From an uncultured Gemmatimonadales bacterium (lineage in GTDB: Bacteria > Gemmatimonadota > Gemmatimonadetes > Longimicrobiales > RSA9), in contig CAWAMW010000002.1 in assembly GCA_963783305.1 (NCBI GenBank), positions 192,001 to 256,000 on the forward strand: 64,000 nt of DNA. Direction: 5' to 3'. Below the pieces are notes generated by a model, which was not told where the DNA came from, did no database searches, and was given only the letters and a program-made list of their open reading frames with translations. Of the stretch, positions 58,310-64,000 are shown in pieces; positions within the stretch are counted from its first letter, which is position 1, and every line of letters starts with the position of its first letter. The position numbers and the translations under genes are program-made.

Positions 58310-59863
58310 ATGACCCTGCCGTCAAGGAAAGCCGACGCCTCCGCGCCCGTATCTGCGGTGCCCAGATTTCGGGTGACGCACGGCGTGGGGCGGCGCTACG
58401 GGGCGGCGATCCTGCTGGCCGCTGCGGCTCTGGGCCTGACCCTGGCGTTCGAGTCGGTGATCCAACCTACGATCTTCTTGCTCTTCTTCCCGGCCGTTGC
58501 GGTCAGCGCCTGGTACGGTGGGCGGGGCCCCGCGGTGGTCACCAGCCTGCTGGCCGTCCTGGTGGCGAACTACTACCTGATCCCCCCGACGCACTCGCTC
58601 GACGTCGCCCAGCCACTGGCGCTGGCCCGGCTGGGAATCTTCCTGCTCGTGGCGCTCCTCATCGGCTCTCTCACCGAGTCGCTCCGCGCCCAGGTCCTGG
58701 TGCGGATCCGCGAGCAGGAGGCGCTCCTGCAGAGCGAGGCGCGCTTTCGCGCCACGTTTCAGAACGCGGCCGTGGGGATCGCCCACGTGGGGTTGGAAGG
58801 GCAGTGGCTCGGGCTGAACGACCGACTATGCGAGATCCTGGGACACCCCCGGGAGCGGCTGGTGGAGCTGTCGTGGCAGGATATCACGCACCCCGAGGAC
58901 CTGAACGCAGACGAGGAGCAAGCCGCCCGTCTGTTCGCGGGCGACATCGACTCATACCGGCTCGAAAAGCGGTATAGGCGGGGCGACGGGTCCACCGTCT
59001 GGACTCAGTTGACCGGCTCCGTGGTCCGGCGCGAGGACGGCGAGCCGGACTATTTCATTGCGGTGGTGGAGGACATTTCCGCCCGGAAGGAGGCGGAGCG
59101 GCGGGCGGAAGAGCGGCAGCTGGCGCTGGAGGAGGCGAACCGGGCCAGGTCGACGTTCATGGCCACCGTGAGCCACGAGCTCCGGACCCCGCTGAACGCG
59201 GTGATCGGCTATGCGGACCTGCTCACGGAAGGGGTCCCCGAACCCATCGGGCATGGTGCCCTTCAGCAGGTCCACCGTATCCGGATGGCCGCCCGGCACC
59301 TCCTCCAGCTGATCGAGGAGGTCCTGACTTTCTCCCGGCTCGAAGCGGGCCGGGAGCGGGTGAATGTCGAAGAAATCGAGATCTCGCGCCTGATCGAGGA
59401 GGTCCGAGCTGTGGCGGAGCCGCTGGCCGCCCACGCCGGCCTTGCATTCGCCATCGAAGTGCCCGCCGATGTCCAGGCCCTTCGTACCGACCCACGCAAG
59501 CTGCGCCAGGTGCTGCTGAACCTCCTCGGCAACGCCATCAAGTTCACGGACGAAGGCGACGTGCGACTGGCGGTCGCTCAGGAGGGATCCGAGGTTCGGT
59601 TCGTCGTCTCCGATACCGGGATCGGGATCTCCGAGGCCGACCTCGAACAACTCTGCGATCCGTTCTGGCAGGCGGACGGCAGCCACACCCGGCAGGCGCA
59701 GGGCTCGGGGCTCGGCCTTACCATCTCGGAGCGATTCGCGCAGTTGTTGGGCGGGACCCTGGAAGTCGTGAGCGAGGTGGGCGCGGGCAGCACATTTACG
59801 CTGCGCGTACCGCTGGCACCACCCTCCTCCGGGGAAGACGCCTCCCTTCCCATGGAAATTTAG
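58310..59863 (+). CDS. DUF4118-like membrane sensor + PAS histidine kinase
   Basis: PAVAVSAWYGGRGP TM block; RFRATFQNAAVGI..ITHPED; SHELRTPLN; start uncertain. Confidence 0.9.
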   Translation: MTLPSRKADASAPVSAVPRFRVTHGVGRRYGAAILLAAAALGLTLAFESVIQPTIFLLFFPAVAVSAWYGGRGPAVVTSLLAVLVANYYLIPPTHSLDVAQPLALARLGIFLLVALLIGSLTESLRAQVLVRIREQEALLQSEARFRATFQNAAVGIAHVGLEGQWLGLNDRLCEILGHPRERLVELSWQDITHPEDLNADEEQAARLFAGDIDSYRLEKRYRRGDGSTVWTQLTGSVVRREDGEPDYFIAVVEDISARKEAERRAEERQLALEEANRARSTFMATVSHELRTPLNAVIGYADLLTEGVPEPIGHGALQQVHRIRMAARHLLQLIEEVLTFSRLEAGRERVNVEEIEISRLIEEVRAVAEPLAAHAGLAFAIEVPADVQALRTDPRKLRQVLLNLLGNAIKFTDEGDVRLAVAQEGSEVRFVVSDTGIGISEADLEQLCDPFWQADGSHTRQAQGSGLGLTISERFAQLLGGTLEVVSEVGAGSTFTLRVPLAPPSSGEDASLPMEI

Positions 59864-59906
59864 CCGACTCCGCACATCCGGCCTCGAGCCCCGCTGCGGC
59901 CACCCG

Positions 59907-60788
59907 CTATGGTCCTGCAGCTTCCAAGCCCGCGGCCGCGGTGAGCAGCTCGTGGAGCCGGTGAACGAAGCGTCCGACCGGCGCCCCATCGGTGACGCCG
60001 TGGTCGAAAACGATGGTCAGAGCGAGTATGTCCCGGTCGCCTGCTGTCGTACTCCGGCGCGCGATCCCGCCGACGCCGATCGCCAGCGGGTGGAGGCCCG
60101 ACGGGATCCCCCAAGCCAGAATGCCGGGACTGGACATTCCAATCGAAGTCACGACCACTGTTCCCATGGTCCGCTTGATCCGGAGCGGGCTCCGGAGAAA
60201 CCACTTCCAGTACAGCAGGTCCCGCAGCAGAGCCGGCACGCGGAAGAAGATCGCCTGTATGCGGGCGGGGACAGCCCTCTCAATGGAAGCCGATCCGGAC
60301 GCCACATCCGCCTCCTGCGCCCGGCGGATTTCCTGGTGGATCTCTATTGGGTCCTTGCAGTCCGCATTGCGAACCACGAACGGCATCGGCAGGGTTTCAC
60401 TGTCCCCGGGGCCTCCGACTTTCCTCTCGATGAGGACCGATACGTCTACTTCATTGAATATGGCGATTCGCCGCCTCCCCAATCGGATGGAGTGCACCCG
60501 GGGGTGCTCCCCCGCAGCCCGGCCAACACAGCTGATCACCCAGGCCGTGAAGCCGAGGTTTCCGCCGGTCCGGCGACGGAAATCGCGGATCCTCTCGCGC
60601 GCCTCCGTTACGTCCACTTCGAGGAGGATCGGGATCTCCGGCCGCTTCCTGGCGAGTCGAAGCCAGTCAATTGTGGCGTTCCGCTCGGGTCGAAAGGGCA
60701 CGAGCCGATACCCATCCGCGCGGCCATGTCGCGCCCCCTGCGGGTCCGCAGGAGCATTCGGTGCCTCCTCCAGCCAATCCGTAGCCAT
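59907..60788 (-). CDS. Stand-alone 2-oxoacid dehydrogenase E2-like acyltransferase domain
   Basis: EVDVT, GTVVVTSIG, FDHGVTDGAPVGRF (HxxxDG); no lipoyl domain. Confidence 0.85.
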   Translation of the reverse strand: MATDWLEEAPNAPADPQGARHGRADGYRLVPFRPERNATIDWLRLARKRPEIPILLEVDVTEARERIRDFRRRTGGNLGFTAWVISCVGRAAGEHPRVHSIRLGRRRIAIFNEVDVSVLIERKVGGPGDSETLPMPFVVRNADCKDPIEIHQEIRRAQEADVASGSASIERAVPARIQAIFFRVPALLRDLLYWKWFLRSPLRIKRTMGTVVVTSIGMSSPGILAWGIPSGLHPLAIGVGGIARRSTTAGDRDILALTIVFDHGVTDGAPVGRFVHRLHELLTAAAGLEAAGP

Positions 60789-60841
60789 TTTGCCCTCCGG
60801 GCAAGGGGAACCAAACCCCGCCGGCCTCAGGATTCGACTGC

Positions 60842-62766
<1,925 letters not shown>

Positions 62767-63011
62767 ACCCCTGAGGCTATCGGAGCGGGGGTCTCCGGTC
62801 AAGATGGGGGCTCGCTTCGCTCGCGGGGCGGGCAGCCGCTACTGCGGCGCAGGGGGCTACGCTGCCCGGCGCGGAGGGGGGGCGCTGCCCGGCGCGGGGG
62901 GCCGCCTCTCGACGGCGCAGGCGTCCCATCGAGCCATGGAGTCGCCCCGTACCTTGGATGATCCTGGGTTCGAAGGGTCGGCATGCGCCCAATCAAACCC
63001 AGGAGGTAGCT

Positions 63012-63218
63012 ATGACCAAGTTCATGATGGCAATGGCAGTCGGCGCAAGTGCGCTGGCGTTCGCCCCGCGGCCCGTGGCCGCGGCAGGATGCACGGATGA
63101 CTACCACAAGTGTCTGAACGACACCTGGTATTACACCGGAGTCTCTCAGACCATGGCCGATGTGGAGTGCTTCGCCTCGTACGCCGGGTGCGTGCGGGAC
63201 AAGTTCCTTCGCCAGTAA
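63012..63218 (+). CDS. Small secreted four-cysteine peptide (68 aa)
   Basis: RBS AGGAGGT; signal peptide; mature part C-x6-C-x18-C-x6-C. Confidence 0.8.
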   Translation: MTKFMMAMAVGASALAFAPRPVAAAGCTDDYHKCLNDTWYYTGVSQTMADVECFASYAGCVRDKFLRQ

Positions 63219-63242
63219 TCCTCTGATCGTGGAGTAAATCCC

Positions 63243-64000
63243 ATGCGCACGCCGATCCTTCTCCTCCTGCCGCTCTGCCTCGCCTGTGGTGAGGCCGCTG
63301 GTGCGGCTCCTGCGCTGATCAATGGGTTCCGCGAGCACGCGGCGCCCCTGGTCTGCGACCCGGTCGATCTCGGCATGGAGCCGGCGGCCACGGAGATCCG
63401 ACTGTCGTCGGACTCCACGTGGATACTGCTGGACGGGCCTCAGCTCCAGCTGCTCTCGTTCGACGACTCTTTCCGACTGCTCGACCGCACGCCCCTCCCG
63501 GCCACGGGACCCGGCGCGGCGGTGCACGCCGTGAGCGCGACCCTCCTCGGCGACACCGCAGTCGCGGTGGCGGCGCGGGGCGGGCTCCAGCTCGTCGTGT
63601 TGTCGCGCGATGGGTCCTTCCGCGCCAGCACGCCACTCGACTTCATTCCGAACGCGCTCGCGGGCACGCCCGCGGGCGAGATCCTGGTGACCCCGCTCCC
63701 GTTCGGGACCAAGCCACCCACCCTGCTCATGCGGTACTCCGGTGGGGAGTGGGAGACGCTGCCCGTGCCCCGGCGGTCATACGTGGACATGAGCATCAAC
63801 GCCCTCGGCAACTCGACCCTGGTGGAGGTGTTCCCGGATGGTCGGGCGCTGGTGATGCACCAGTTCCTGCGGCCGAGGGCGTTCATCGTTTCCCCCGACG
63901 GGGAGGTCGAGGAGCCGTCGGCACCCACGCCGGACGGGACCCGGGATCACGTGGATTTTGTTCCGAGCTCGCCGATCACGTCGGACCAGATGGAGCGGAC
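63243..64000 (+). CDS. Lipoprotein, probable beta-propeller (runs off window)
   Basis: Not in ORF track. MRTPILLLLPLCLAC lipobox; WILLD..LLSFD...GPG..LGDTAVAV..LVVLSRDGSF blade-like pattern. Confidence 0.7.
   Translation, partial: MRTPILLLLPLCLACGEAAGAAPALINGFREHAAPLVCDPVDLGMEPAATEIRLSSDSTWILLDGPQLQLLSFDDSFRLLDRTPLPATGPGAAVHAVSATLLGDTAVAVAARGGLQLVVLSRDGSFRASTPLDFIPNALAGTPAGEILVTPLPFGTKPPTLLMRYSGGEWETLPVPRRSYVDMSINALGNSTLVEVFPDGRALVMHQFLRPRAFIVSPDGEVEEPSAPTPDGTRDHVDFVPSSPITSDQMER

Noticed and set aside
62860..62900. Short direct repeat CGCTGCCCGGCGCGG x2
   Set aside because: Short and GC-rich, only two copies; no function can be supported

Overview
High-GC chromosomal window, most consistent with a Gemmatimonadota-like diderm (inferred from the gene repertoire, not tested). 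It has about 55 genes and no rRNA, tRNA or CRISPR array. Main content: a seven-gene V/A-type ATPase operon (E-DUF2764/C-A-B-D-I-K) whose K subunit carries a Na+-type ligand set; an MhqR-like MarR/YceI pair; tandem ZIP transporters; TamA-TamB; rhodanese-SufE; an arsenic cluster (arsR-arsM-arsN2-metallophosphoesterase-acr3) with an internal heptamer microsatellite; a general-stress/signalling region (DedA, globin, CsbD, REC-KaiC-like-kinase, ChaB, CheB/CheR-PAS kinase, MscS); an HUH/Y1 (RAYT-like) transposase gene bracketed by 22-bp inverted repeats; and TPP-riboswitch-thiC. The best leads for something undescribed are (1) a candidate cation-sensing riboswitch-like leader before the Na+-type ATPase operon, (2) a secreted twin C-x3-Y-x2-C peptide paired with a propeller-like lipoprotein, (3) a three-copy non-coding MITE/REP-like element, and (4) the IR-bounded Y1 transposase unit. 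All calls were made by eye from motifs, and no searches were run.
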